DNA from: Eledone cirrhosa
Taxonomy: Eukaryota
Length of the DNA: 64,000 nucleotides
Assembly (NCBI GenBank): GCA_964016885.1
Contig: OZ024743.1
Span: 267,468,001 to 267,532,000 of the forward strand
Direction: 5' to 3'
The notes below the pieces were generated by a model that was not told the DNA's origin, did no database searches, and saw only the letters and a list, made by a program, of their open reading frames with translations. The translations under genes were made by a program, and so were the position numbers. Shown piece after piece: positions 38,628 to 53,360 of the stretch; within the stretch, counting starts at the first letter, position 1, and each line of letters starts with the position of its first letter.

Positions 38628-39167
38628 AAAGAATAGAGGTGTAACACACAAGTTATTATATATTGGTAAACGGAATAGAAAATGCTGACAAATTGTTCAC
38701 AGTTGAAAAATGGTTTAATTAGGAATAAAAGAGTATTAGTGATTGTATGGGTTAGTATTCATTTGTTGTTTTAAGTTTTTAAGTTTTTACCGGTTGCGCA
38801 TTTCTAAATGCTTTTCAAAAATAATTTTGAGATAGAGTGTCCGTGCTGTTTGCTCTGATCTGATTAGTTTTGGGAATTCTACCTGTTTTTATGTTAAAAA
38901 AGTGGCTCCAGCGTTATTTTTGTGTTGCAAAAATGCTTGTGGTCAAAACAATTTTGATTGGTCGGTAGAGGTCATGTGAATGTAAAAAGTTGATTTTGCG
39001 CCAAGACTGTTTTTATGTTACAATGTTAAAAAAGTGGCTCCAGCAAAAATTCTTGGTCAAAACAATTTTGATTGGTCGGTAGAGGTCATGTGGATAAAAA
39101 ATTGGTTTTGCGCCAAGATTGAGAAATGACTCTTTCACAACAAATATGTATGTGTGTGTGTGTATGC

Positions 39168-39215
<48 letters not shown>

Positions 39216-39584
39216 AGTAGTAGTAGTAAGGTGTTCGATGCTGCGACAATGGCCAGCAGCGATGTGTGTCAAATGGCTATTACGATAAGTGTGTGTGTGT
39301 GTGTGTGTGTGTATATAGCAGAGTCATTCGAAGGTCAAAAGATATTTTTCAGCTTTTGTCTTATACGGAGAAGTGCGTGTGTGTGTGTGTGTGTATAAGT
39401 CTCTTTGTATGTTGATGTACACGTGTGTATGTGTTTGTGTATATATATGTGTGTGTGGGGGTGGGGGTGGACCAGTATTTTTTACCCCCTGGCAAAATGG
39501 TGTACATTATTCGATTTTTTCAGTAAAATCGGTTCTCTTAATAGAACATCAAAAATCTTAACAATAAAAGGTGTGAAATGATAT

Positions 39585-39634
<50 letters not shown>

Positions 39635-39817
39635 TGTATTCACTACATATATATATATATATATATATACATATATACATACATATATATGCACACATAT
39701 TTTTTTGTATTGCACCATAGAGCATGTGTGTTTACGTGTGTCATTATGTTTATATGTGGGTAGAGATGTGTGCTGATGTAGGTATGTATGTTGACGTGTG
39801 TATGTTGTGGGTTCGTC

Positions 39818-42135
39818 CTAGGGAGAAGTGTTTAGACGGGGTCCGTATTTGTTAATGAAGTAAGATTCCTTGCTGATGCGCTGGGTGTGGGTGGCATTAT
39901 CTTTACATTTGTAGATGGGAAAGATTCTGAAGTTGGTATGATTTTGGGCGGCACAGGTATCAATGTGTTCACTCAGTGGTATTTTCCTGTATTCCCGTAT
40001 TTTAATTTGGGATCTATGGACAGTCATGCGTTGGCGGAGGCTGTTTTTGGTCTGGCCTATGTATTGTTCTCGACAACCTGAACAAGTTAATACATATATT
40101 AGATTTTCCGATGCACATGTGAAATTGTGTTTTACTATAAAACGTTGTCCATCTTTGAAATAGAATTCCGAACCCTCTATTAGGTTGATGCAAATGCCAC
40201 AGTTGGGTCTATCGCATTTTTTTACTGTGGGTTTCGTTGTTGTGGTTGGCAGTACTTTGGCATGTGTTAAGATGTTTTTCATTGACTTGGATTGTCTTTT
40301 GCTCTTTATGATATCGTGTGTTCGTAGAATTTGGTTCATTCTATGGTCCTTTTTCAATACAGGGATGTTCTGGAGGATGGTGTCAAAGGCCTCATTGTTG
40401 AGGGGGTTGTGTGTGGAGATGTATGGAAGAGCTTTTAGTTTTGGTTGATTTACTTTAGGGTGTCTAAGGTCCTGGGTACTGAGTTTTAGGGCACGTTGGA
40501 TTCCATTGTCAATTAGTGATGCAGGGTAGTCCCTGCCTATGAGTGTGTCCTTTAGTTCTTGTAGCCGTAAGTAGCAGATGTTTTTATTGGAGACTATAGT
40601 ACAGATTCTCTTGGCTAAGTTGTAGGGAATATTAATTTTAACGTGTCTAGGGTGGCAAGAGTTGAACGGGAGGTATTGCTTGGAGTCTGTGGGCTTGTTG
40701 TCTGTTTCTATTTTTTTGTTATGGATCTTAATGAGGATGTCGAGGAAGGGGAGTTGTTGATGGCTGTATTCCATCGTGAAGTTAATATTTGTGTTGAGCC
40801 CATTTATAAGGGTGTGAAATTCTTTAAGTTTTTCGATGTATTCGTGCCAAAGGATGAAGCAGTCATCTAGATATCGCTTCCAGTTCCTCTCAATGTGTAA
40901 GTGGAGGGTGTTTCCAAATTTGTTTAGGACTTTAGTGTAGAGGGTGATTTCCAGGTATCCCATGACTAGGTTGGCATAAGTAGGGGCTGTTTTCGTTCCC
41001 ATAGCGGTCCCAGATTTCTGCCTGTAGGGTTTGTTATTGAAAACGAAGTAATTGTTCTCCCAGATAAATTTGAGTCCCTCTATCACGAATTCTTTTTGAT
41101 GCGTTGTGGGAGTTCATTGTGGAAATTATCCAGCCAGAATTGGATAGCTTCTATTCCTAGGTTGTGGGGGATGTTGGAGTATAGGTTGACTACATCGAAC
41201 GTCACTAGTAGGGTTTGTTCAGAAAGTGGCATATTAGGGAGGTGATTGAGCATATCTAGGTCGTCCCTTATATAGCTTTTGATGTGCTTGAGGAAGGGTT
41301 TGAGAAGGGTATCAATGAAGTTGCTAAGACGGTGCGTTTCGCAAGCGGGGCCTGCTATTATAGGTCTTAATTTGAGATCATTGGGTGAGGGGACATTGAT
41401 GACTATGTCTGTGGCTTCCTTGCATGCCTTACTGATTGATTCGCTTTTATGTACTTTAGGGATACCATAGAAAAGGCTGGATTTACTTGTCAAGTCAGTG
41501 ATGAAGCTGAATTCCTTGTTAGTGAGTCCTTCTTTGTATTGGTTGATTAGAGTTTTTAGGTTTCTCATAATTTTCTGTTGATTGTAGTGTTCAGCCTTTT
41601 CGTAGTATGTTTCGTTTTCCAAAGTGGAGAGCGCTAAGTTGATATAGAATTCTGTCTCCATTAGGACTACTGTACTCCCTTTATCAGCCTCTTTAATTGT
41701 AATGGTTCTGTCGGTTTTTAATCTATTTAATTCTTCCCATTCTTTCTTGTTGAGGTTTGGCTTGTGTTTTTGTCTGTGCAAGTGTTGGTAAGGGAAGTTT
41801 GTGATGTGTTCACAGAATTCGTCCAGGATTTTATTTCTACCTTTTGAAGGGGTGTAATTGCTTCTATTTCTGGCTAATGATTCATCCTCATTGTACTGGT
41901 CGAATAGTTGTTCACTAAGTCGTAACTTTCTACAGAAGTCTGTGATGTCTTCCTTCATTTCATAGTAGTTAGAACGTAGTGGGGTCGGTGTGAATTTAAG
42001 ACCTTTGGAGAGTAAGTTGAAAAGGTTGGGTGTTGGTTCTGCACTAGTAAGATTGATAATTTTTATTACTATCGGTTTCTCCTCCCTGTCTTGTGTTATT
42101 TTGTTTGCCTGTATCTGTGTGCTGTGTCTAAAAAA
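39818..42135 (-). CDS. PLE RT + GIY-YIG endonuclease (one frameshift at ~41085)
   Basis: LLSKGLKF, EADKG, FYGIPKVHK, LRPII, FDVVNLY, GTAMGT, WKRYLDD, LPFLD, KCDRPNCGIC linker, LIYVLTC..C..QYIGQT. Confidence 0.9.
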
Positions 42136-42301
42136 TGGTTGGGGTAGAGGGGTTGTCTGCTGATGTTAAGTGGTCTCCTGTGTTTGTTATATTCCTTGTT
42201 GTTGTAAAATGTGGTTCGGGTTGGTGGTTGTAGATTGAATGGGGTGTTCCTGTACTGCGAGTATGGGTGTGTGTTTCTATGTGCCATGTTGTATTGTGGT
42301 G

Positions 42302-43405
42302 TTATAAGTGGCCTACGTTGTTGGTTGTATCGTGTGGTGTGGGTTTGTGTGTATTGTGGAAGTGAGAGTTGAGAAAATGGTAATTACCTTGCTGTCCCCT
42401 TGAAGCGGGGAAGTTGTTGCATCTATCATGGCGGTGGTATCTTTTCCCTATGTTTGACGATGAGGAATCCGCGTAGTAGTTGAGTGATTTGGTATGGTGT
42501 CTCCTTGAAGGGGGAAAGTTGTAAATGTCATTCTGGGGGAGATGATTTCTTGGGTTTTTGTTCCTTCTTATGGTAGCGAGGTTGGGAAGTTCATCTTCGG
42601 TGTGGTGCTTCCTTCTTCGTTTGTTTGAGGCTTGGGGGTTTGAGAAGTTGTTGTGCGGTTCAGTTATGAGTTTTCCTATTTTTATGAACGGGTTATTGAA
42701 GGTGTAATCCGTTTGAAAAGTCGATTCATAGTGTAGGAACCAAGCGGCACTTTTTTCCCAGCGTTGAAGGGATTTCAGTTCTTCTCTGTTGCAGTCCCCT
42801 TTCCATAATTTGGAGATCTTCTCTACCTTGGGGCCTTCAGTTTTGTTGTTGATTTCCAGGAGGATCTCTTCATCGATGGTTTTGATTTTTTCCTCATTTG
42901 TCTGGGCCCTCAGTTTAAGAAGTTCAATTTCTGTCTTCATTTTTTCCAATGCCATTCTTTCCCTAAGGTGTCTTTGAGGTTCGGGTTCATTTGGAATGGA
43001 CTTTATTTGTAGTTTACGGGGGAGAGTTAGAGGGGTTGAGTTAAGCCATTTTTCATATATCTCTGCTTTGTTGTGATTTTGTATCATCTTCCAGAATGAG
43101 AACTTTCTGTCTCTGAGGGATTTGTTCCATTTTGGAATTGTTCGAATTTTCATTTTGTGTGAATCAATCTCACATGGTTCTTCGTTGGTTTTTCCTGGGT
43201 TGGTAGTAGTGAACATAGTTTGGATAGTATCGCAAAGGTTTTGGAGTTTGTCGCCGATTTCGGAGGGATTGTATCCGGTGGCGGTTTCCTTATTTGTGGA
43301 GTCAAGTTTGTCGACCAGCAAAGATAGGTTGGTGTTGATTTTCTTGAGTTCCTGTAGGATCTCTTCATTTGAGTTGATGAGGGTTGTATCCGTTTTTGTT
43401 GGCAT
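42302..43405 (-). CDS. PLE upstream ORF (coiled-coil-like N-terminus, H/N/P-rich tail), function unknown
   Basis: 367-aa ORF starting just inside the 5' pLTR boundary. Confidence 0.7.
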   Translation of the reverse strand: MPTKTDTTLINSNEEILQELKKINTNLSLLVDKLDSTNKETATGYNPSEIGDKLQNLCDTIQTMFTTTNPGKTNEEPCEIDSHKMKIRTIPKWNKSLRDRKFSFWKMIQNHNKAEIYEKWLNSTPLTLPRKLQIKSIPNEPEPQRHLRERMALEKMKTEIELLKLRAQTNEEKIKTIDEEILLEINNKTEGPKVEKISKLWKGDCNREELKSLQRWEKSAAWFLHYESTFQTDYTFNNPFIKIGKLITEPHNNFSNPQASNKRRRKHHTEDELPNLATIRRNKNPRNHLPQNDIYNFPPSRRHHTKSLNYYADSSSSNIGKRYHRHDRCNNFPASRGQQGNYHFLNSHFHNTHKPTPHDTTNNVGHL

Positions 43406-44033
43406 TTTCTGTATCTAGTGTGAGGATATGATAGTTAAAAAAATAGAGGTGTAACACACAAGTTATTATATATTGGTAAACGGAATAGAAAATGCTGACA
43501 AATTGTTCACAGTTGAAAAATGGTTTAATTAGGAATAAAAGAGTATTAGTGATTGTATGGGTTAGTATTCAGTTGTGGTTTTAAGTTTTTAAGTTTTCAC
43601 CGGTTGCGCATTTCTAAATGCTTTTAAAAAATAATTTTGAGATAGAGTGTCCGTGCTGTTTGCTCTGATCTGATTAGTTTTGGGAATTCTACCTGTTTTT
43701 ATGTTAAAAAAGTGGCTCCAGCGTTATTTTAGTGTTGCAAAAATGCTTGTGGTCAAAACAATTTTGATTGGTCGGTAGAGGTCATGTGAATGTAAAAAGT
43801 TGATTTTGCGCCAAGACTGTTTTTATGTTACAATGTTAAAAAAGTGGCTCCAGCAAAAATTCTTGGTCAAAAAAATTATTTTAGAAAAGCATTTAGAAAT
43901 GCGCAACCGGTAAAAACTTAAAAACTTAAAACCACAACTGAATAATAACCCATACAATCACTAATACTCTTTTATTCCTAATTAAACCATTTTTCAACTG
44001 TGAACAATTTGTCAGCATTTTCTATTCCGTTTA

Positions 44034-44103
<70 letters not shown>

Positions 44104-44694
44104 TGCTTAAATTATTTGTGACCAATCCCGGTTTTTTTATAAAAACTGCGATAATATTGCTTTTTGCTGAACTCCTTTTGTAGAGTTTTTTTCGGAATGT
44201 ATTTGACTGTTTTTTTCTTGTAAACAAGCATTCACCTCATTCGGACGTCACTAGCCCTGTTTTCCTCATGTGCGTTTTTCATAATCACGCATGATGGTGA
44301 ACTAGCCAGTTTTAAAATTCCCTTTTTGGCATATAAATCTGTGAGAGTCCTGGTTATCGAGTTGAGCTCTGGTGACGTTTGAAATCCAACCGTGACCATC
44401 TCCACTGAAAGTTTCCATGAAATAGTCTTTAAGACTATACAGAGCATGTGAAGTTTTCCAAATTGAAGGATGAGTATTTTAGACTTTATTTTATCATAAG
44501 TTAAGGCTCTATTGATTTTTTCCCTGGATTTCACTAAATTCTGTGGATGAATTTATATCCTGATTCTATTTGAGTTGAGTTTGAATTATTTTTCCAACAT
44601 CTTACGTTAACTATTTTTCCCATTTTGAGGCTATAGTCGCATATATGTTATGGAATACTCTTAGCTTCTCGTTACAACCCTTTCTATACCTTTC

Positions 44695-44745
<51 letters not shown>

Positions 44746-44863
44746 GTCCACGTGGGGTCGGTAACAGTCATTCCTTAAATTAGCACTCGAATTAAACCTG
44801 TTGATAAAGTGGCTTCCTTGTTCAATCATCTTACCAGAAGCCTAACATTATTTATGTAAGCGG

Positions 44864-45042
44864 TGATTTGGCAGTATCGGTAGAAGGTCGGACGTCATGC
44901 TTTCCAGCATAGTTACGTCCCTTTACGATCTGAGTTCAAATCCTGTCGAGCTTAACTTTGCCTTTCATCCTTACGGGGTCGATAAAATAAAGTACCAGTA
45001 ATGCACTGGGTAATTGCTGGCCTTGTGCCAAACGTAGAAACA
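44864..45042 (+). mobile_element. MetaSINE-like SINE, full length
   Basis: Box B GAGTTCAAATCC; 17-bp TSD ATTATTTATGTAAGCGG (44847-44863 / 45043-45059). Confidence 0.9.
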
Positions 45043-45352
45043 ATTATTTATGTAAGCGGAGAGTACTTGATTTAGGAGTCGCAGAAACCCAAATGCTGGA
45101 TCTTACCAACCATCCAGGGGTCCGGGTAACTTTTCAATCATATATATTTTGATTTGTTTGACCCGAATTACTTGGTCGTTTTTTGGGCTATGCGGATGAT
45201 TGTTTAACCATCGTCTCAGTGTGTTTGGCCTTTAACGTATGTTGTAGCTCTGGTTCGTCTGAATCATTGAGCGCTTGCCACACATCTCGGAAGTTGTTTT
45301 TCCTTAATTCTTAACCCGAAATACGATTCTCGCTAATTTATATTTATATGTA

Positions 45353-46230
<878 letters not shown>

Positions 46231-47400
46231 TAAATAAAAACACGTTAAGGGTACTGCTCACTGTAGAATGCCCAGGCATTTGCAAATTAATTTCGCGAAC
46301 CTGCTTTTCCGTTGATTAATCTACGGGACTCCTACCAGTTGGAAGTGACGAAGATCCAAATCATAGAGAGACCCATATATTTAGCTGTCTATACACAGAA
46401 CATAAAAAGAATGGTCGCTTCCGTGTTTCGGTTTCGATACACAATTTGAATTCTGAAACCTTTCGACGCTTTATTTATCTGACTAGAAAATATCATTATT
46501 AATAATATCTTATCTACTACTCATTTCTTATATACACACACACAAACTCCCCCTCAACCTTATATATATATAGTTCAAGGAGACCAGAAACAGAGGTACA
46601 AAATGTCTTATTAGTTTGACACTTTATATTGAAAACTGGAAGAAAGTTCGACATGTCAGGCTTAAGCCCTTCTTTCGGAGTACAAAAAGGGACAGGGATC
46701 ACAAAGGAGAAACAGAAAAAAAGTCCGATTAAAGATAAAATAATCGGAAAATGAAAAATGAAAACAAGAAAAACCGTTATGTAGTCTTGGTAACAAAGTG
46801 GAGTGTGTGTGTGTATTAGTGTCGTTATATATGTAAATGTATGTTTAAATGTGTGTGATTTTTAAAGGTATATTGTGTAAAGTATCAAAGATAGTGTGTC
46901 GTGGTAGTGGACATGCATGTCTGAGTGAATGTAAGTTTGAATGTGTGTACTGTATATGTATGTCGAAGTAATTTTGTGTGTGTAATGTATCTGGCAGTGT
47001 TAGCGTATGTTCGTGAGACGTGTGGATTTGTATGTGCGAATGTAAGATTATATATATACATACACACACACACATATACATATACAAAAACATTGATGGA
47101 TACATAATGTTGAAATTATGGTTTCTCTGAAAGAGTATAAACCTGGTTGAATGTGTAGTCTGAGAGATAAAGAAGAGAAACTATAGAAGGAAATGGGGTA
47201 GATAGAGAATAAGTTAATTCATACAGAGATTCATTTTTCAGTTGCTATGTCTTTTAATTGCAGAATCATGAAAACAGATATGAAATATCCTTATTTCCGA
47301 TTTCTAACATTATTTTGCTGTTTGTTTTCAGTTTTTCTATTTGTAGTCTAAAAGAATGAAAGATAAATAAGCGAGAATAGATACATAAATATTAATAATT

Positions 47401-47780
47401 GTTTCTGCTTTTGGCACAAGGCCAGCAATTATCCAAGTACGTTACTGGTACTTTATATTATCGACCCCGTAAGGATGAAAGGTAAAGTTAACGTCGGGCG
47501 GATTTGAACTCAGACCATAAATGGACGTAACACTTTGTTGCTATGCGTTGGCGATGTCCCTCTACCGATACTGCCAATCCACCAGATACATAAATATTAA
47601 TGATAATGGTTTCTGATTTAGGCACAAAACAAACAATTTTTTTTTTTGGGGGGGGGGTCGAATAATCGATCCCAGTACATTACTGTTACTTTATTTTACC
47701 GACCACATCAGGCTGAAAAGCAAAGCTGACAACAGCGTGTTTTGAACTCAGAACGTAAAGGGCAGCAACTCTATGCAGCC
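47401..47780 (-). mobile_element. Two MetaSINE-like SINEs
   Basis: The first is flanked by TSD AGATACATAAATATTAAT. The second (47608-47780) is a longer variant. Confidence 0.8.
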
Positions 47781-47809
47781 ATATATGTTTTCCGAGCTCT
47801 AATGATAGT

Positions 47810-48075
47810 GCCAAATTGATATGATCATTCCATCGGCTCGTAACATCGCCTCGAGAGAGTTCGGAAAGCCAAGAAAGTATAAGGAACTATCAATTGAAAG
47901 TGACAAAATGTAACATATTAAGGCCTGTACAATACCAGTGATAGACGGCAGACTTGGAATAATAAAAAATGGAGGTGAAAGATATTTGGGCCGGATACAT
48001 GGAAAGCCATCTCTACAAGAGATACAAAAAATAGTGCTGAATGGCACTGTCCATGTCCCAAGAAGAGCATAATTG
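47810..48075 (+). pseudogene. 3' fragment of an R4/Dong-like RLE non-LTR retrotransposon
   Basis: KYKELSIE..KM*HIKACTIPVIDGRLGIIKNG...PSLQEIQKIVLNGTVHV resembles the restriction-like endonuclease C-terminus. Confidence 0.7.
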
Positions 48076-48964
48076 ATTTAAAAACCTTACAAAGACATTT
48101 ACTGTTGTTTGTGCCCCTGTGGTACTATCTGTGTGACTATTGTTGTAACATGTGTGTCTTATCACATTTTGTCTCAAGTGTCAGACACTTGGCAAAATTT
48201 GGAAAAGAAGCAGAATTCAAAGGAAGTTTCATATGAAAAATAAAATAATAATAATAATGTTAAGAGAATGAACGATGCATTCAAAAATGACATCCATCAG
48301 AAGAAATATAATTCATAACATTGTTCTTTATGTTTTAAAGAGAAATAACGACAAAAAAAGTAGAATGAAAACGATGAATATAATGACAATGGTATAGACA
48401 TGATCGCGCAAAAAATGGACTTCAAGTCAATTTCTACAATGAGTGTTAAAGGTTTTTGCTCAACGAAACAGCATGTTCGTGAAATTTACAGGCCTGTGAC
48501 CGAGTATTCCTCTGGTTCGTGTACACTTAACTTAATGTTTAACCCTTTAATGTTTAAACCGGCCTATCTGGCCAGAATTCTCTCACCTTTTTCTATTCAA
48601 ACCGGCCGTTACTGGTCACTCATACTGAGGTTAAGGTATTCTTCTCAAAATAAATGATATCATTATTATGTGGGATAATTACGTGAGGTAAAGACTTTAG
48701 CGTGAAAATATAATAGTAAATACAGAGTAATGTAAATGCTAAAGGGTTAAGGTGTTTTGATAACCGATTCTGTTTAGCCATCGATCTTCCAAATAGTTTC
48801 TGTCGACAAAATGTGGCTTTTTAAGTTTGTGTTCACTTGAGGGTACAGAGTGAGATCGGACCCTGTAAATAAAATATTTAAAATGATCTTATTGGATATT
48901 CGACCATGCTGCCACCAACACTCACGCGCACACATATACAAATACATTTACACACACAAATGCG

Positions 48965-48996
<32 letters not shown>

Positions 48997-50074
48997 TACA
49001 CACACAAACACACACACACACACACACAAACACATGCATACACCAGCACACCCTTAAGAATACACCGCGATCGTAACTAACACGAAGTAGCTAAGTTACG
49101 TAACAGTATAGTCGGGAAAAATATATTTTACATTCTTTATATATCCACGTATGTAAATCTGTGTCGTATCGTTGAAGGAAAGAGTGCCTCGTGTTTTAAA
49201 TGCAACTGGATTCTCTCTCTCCTCCCCTCTCTCTTTCTCTCTCGCTCTCTCTCTCTCTCTCTTTCTATCTCTCTCTCTTCATCTCTCACTCTTTCGCTCT
49301 CTCACTCTGCTCCACAGAAAACGAATCATGTATCGGCTCCGCAACGTCGCTGCAGAAGGAGAAGCTTGTGTATGTTGAAGTTTTTGAATGAGGTGTTGTT
49401 AAATGTTAAGGTTTTGGGGAGTGCAAATTTCATACAACTATAATTTATTGAGGTTAATACGTCGGTTGCTTCATGCTGGCTTCGGTCTTGTAACCGACAC
49501 ACTAATTCGTTCTCGGGTAGACACACACAGATTTATGAAAGTATATATTTACATATAAAATTGGATGCATACACATTCTTTCATATACATGGAGATAGCC
49601 ACAGATATACGCACGCACATACCCTCACAAAAATAAAATATAACACAATATAATATGTGCTTATATATATATAATATGTGCTTATATATATATATATATG
49701 TATGTATATATATGTATATATATATATATAAATATATATTTATAAACTAACACCATTATCTCAGACAGGCGTCTCTGCATTTTACTTTATCTCTTTCCCC
49801 TCACCACAAGAATACGATTTTCTCACGTTTGTCATGTTTATATAATCTGCACTACAGCACTGTGAGGCATATCGCTCTCTTCCTCCTTTAAAACATATAT
49901 CACATTTTTTTTAAACAATGATTTATTTATTAACGTACAAAAGCCCATTTATACACAACGTGAAAAGTGCAATATAGCTATAGGAACAGAGTATATTACT
50001 AGTATAGAATACATTACAGTTACTCTTCTTGTTCGTGTGTGTGCACGCTTGTGTTTCTGTTAGTTTTTTCTGTG

Positions 50075-50198
<124 letters not shown>

Positions 50199-50658
50199 TG
50201 TGTGTCTGTGTCTGTGTCTGTGTGTGCATGTGTGTTATTATGAGTCATTTGATCTCAGTTTTAGCATACGTATCACCCTCCAGCTATCCACCCTGTTCAC
50301 TGTCTTCAGGGACGGAAATGCGCATTACTCAGTGCCTACTAATGCATAACGTCAACCAATGATTTGTGGTTGAGGTCAGACCTCCGTCGATTCAGATGCC
50401 GAGTGTTTCAGATGTTCGAACAACGCAACAATCTGCCCATGAAATTAAGGAGCAAATGGATTATCACTCTGCAAACACGTGTACTTTTAGCATTATTTCC
50501 ACATAGATTCTACGTAACACAATGTAGGGGTATCTGCAGCGAAAATGTACAGGTATCACTGATTTTATGCAAACGAGTGGACTGGAGGATTGTGCAATTT
50601 GATATTGAATACAAGAACACATCACAAAGCCGGTAATCGCCCTCATGACTTTAATAAT

Positions 50659-50838
50659 TGTTTCTACTTTTGGCACAAGGCCAGCAATTATCCCTTTGCA
50701 CTTACTGGTACTTTATTTTATCGACCCAGTAAGGATGAAAGGCAAAGTTAACCTCGGCGGAATTTGAACTCAGCACCTAAAGGTCCGCAACTGCATGCTG
50801 CAAAGCATCGTATCTGATCCTCCACTGATAGTGCCAAA
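50659..50838 (-). mobile_element. MetaSINE-like SINE
   Basis: Same family, reverse strand. Confidence 0.82.
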
Positions 50839-51527
50839 TACAAATGTGAGCCGAGCAATCTAACCACTAAGGCAATGAAATGTTCATCTGAGAAAAAGAC
50901 AGCAGAATCCAGGTTATATTGACCTATAATATAGATACTAACTTACGTATTTTGTGTTTTTATGTTTTCGTTTATAACAGGATTTAATCGGCTATATAGC
51001 AGCATGATGGTGCTATCATTAGTCTAGGAAAGAATAACCTCTAGAATGTTGTTTTTCACCTTTTTGCCATCTGAGTTGAAGTCTCAATGATGGCAATGTT
51101 GCCGGCCATCATTTCAGGTTGATAAGTAAAGTACTTGTACAGTATTGGAGTCGAGTTACCTTTCCTGCTTTCTTTCTTTATTTTTTCTTGTCATAACCTC
51201 TTGTTTCCCTACTCATTCTCCCCCTCCGTTTCATTGCAAGCGATACATAATGTGAAGACAAGTCTTGTTGATAGAGTGAGCATAATTTGTATTGCCAGCA
51301 TCTATGAACTATTGGGGATAGAACAGATCGATAGCAAACGTACTCTGGATCGAATAACTATAGCGAGTTGTTATGTGAATGTGGGAAATGGGTTATAACT
51401 TCTTGTTTTGCAGCTCTGCATGCTGCATGAACCCTTATCTACTGATTGGTTCATGTGGACAACAGGACTTCCTCGTTTAAACGTGACGGAAACTTCCCTT
51501 TTCCAAATATGAGAGACAGAGAGAGAA

Positions 51528-51575
<48 letters not shown>

Positions 51576-51578
<3 letters not shown>

Positions 51579-51776
51579 AAGGAGTAGGACCCCGACGGCT
51601 GAGGTCAAGCCGTTTCGACAGCTAATTCTGGACTAAATTTAGTCCAGAATTAGCCGTCGAAACGATTGAGCTCAGCCGTTGGGGTCCTACTCGTTCCTAT
51701 TACCCACTCTACTACTCTAAGTATTGAGTACTTTGGTGCGTTATGGTCCACTTGGTTCCTTACCACATTTCCTTCG

Positions 51777-51778
<2 letters not shown>
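51576..51778. repeat. Hairpin element family H
   Basis: Fold-back at 51576-51698, in (TA)n. Confidence 0.8.
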
Positions 51779-51834
<56 letters not shown>

Positions 51835-53199
51835 TAAGGGTAACAAGCACTTTACATATCGTCATCGCAATTGGGAACGACAAGGTAAACTCACCACATT
51901 TGAAATCAATGCGAATTGAGCGGAACGAATATCACGAAGCAGTCTATCCGATATTATAACAATTCTGCCACTCTGCCACCTTCTACTGTACTGATGGATT
52001 CTAAATATAAGTTCCTTAGATTACAATTAGCCTAATATTTATTGATGAATGCTAAATGCAATAACAAGTTTATATATCTGCTCTGGTCTGTCTTATCGAA
52101 TCCTTCGAATCACCATTAGATGTAATCCAATTTCGGTTTAGAAAGCCGGTACGATAAATTAGAATTGAAATAAAACATGGAAACGAAAGACCAAATACAT
52201 ATAATTAAGTACACAAACATGACAACCTAAAACTACGAGTTAATTCAAATTGCACTATATAATACACTCCTATAATTACTCCGTCGAAATATTTGCTGTA
52301 TTTAAACTTGCCACAAATTTCACGTTTCAGCTTCACACTAAAAAATATCTTTACTCTTATCTTTGATTGTTCATAACATCAACCTATAAGTTCATTTCTA
52401 TCCAGAAACCAGGCTAAATGATATTTATAAAAGCATATGAGAAGCTATATTTTCGTCATTCGAGCATTCTACACATTTCGTATGCAAAACGACTGCTATC
52501 TCACTTAAAACTTTACTTTTTTGTTTCCCTGTGACTAAACCGGCTTCGTTCAACATATGGTAGAGACTACACTCGGAGGAACCAGGTGGGCCAGCGGGAT
52601 ACACCATAATGAAGGTGCGACCACGGATGCCATTATATTAACATATAACAACTGAAACTAAACACCAGCGATCCTGAAAACACATTTTTATCTAAATCCT
52701 TTAGTACAAAAAACAACTTCATTTAATTTTTGTTATAAGAAATAAAATATATTAAAATTTAAATATTCAAATTATTGTTTCTGAAAGAAAATCAAAAAAG
52801 TAATTTGCTGTTTTTACTTGCAATAAGAACTTAAGTGAATTATTAAAACAAAAAAGAATTCTCATTATATATTCAAACGTTACTTCTTGTTGACTCAGAT
52901 GGAATGTTATTGTACTTTCCAAGTGAAATTACGGAATATTAAATTAAATCAATTAACAAAGAATGTTCTTAACAAAAATTAAATTTAAATTTATATATTA
53001 ATGAATTTATAAATGAGAAAAGACAGTGTTTTTATTTAATTATATAGTTTTATTTATTTAAGGTGTTGTTTGGGAAAAGAGTTTTTGTAATGTGAGAGTG
53101 TGAACAAAGGGAGTATTTTGGGGGGAAGTCGAACGATAAGATCGCAGACCTCATTCGCCAAATCGGACCAAGAAAACAAGGTTTCCATTGGCTTTCCCA

Positions 53200-53360
53200 T
53201 TGCTGATACTATGCACCAGTTGCAAATCCTGGCAGGAAGAACAACGTGAAATAAAGTGACATTCTTGAGGACATAAAGCATCGCCCGTTCCGGGAATTCA
53301 CTTCACAACCTCTCGATTGTGAATGCAATTCCCTAACCACTAGGCCACACGCCTTCACAA
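53200..53360 (-). mobile_element. tRNA-derived SINE head (family of 17393)
   Basis: Minus strand reads GTGAAGGCGTGTGGCCTAGTGGTTAGG...CACTTTATTTCACGTTG. Confidence 0.7.

Larger units (their letters stand above)
38621..44040 (-). mobile_element. Near-complete Neptune-like Penelope element with direct pLTRs and inverted 5' piece
   Basis: Direct repeats 38621-39062 and 43431-43872, inverted copy 43870-44040, (TA)n on both sides, RT + GIY-YIG. Confidence 0.93.

Noticed and set aside
46645-46685. Decayed hammerhead-like motif on the minus strand
   Set aside because: Both core boxes are mutated; at best an old pLTR relic.
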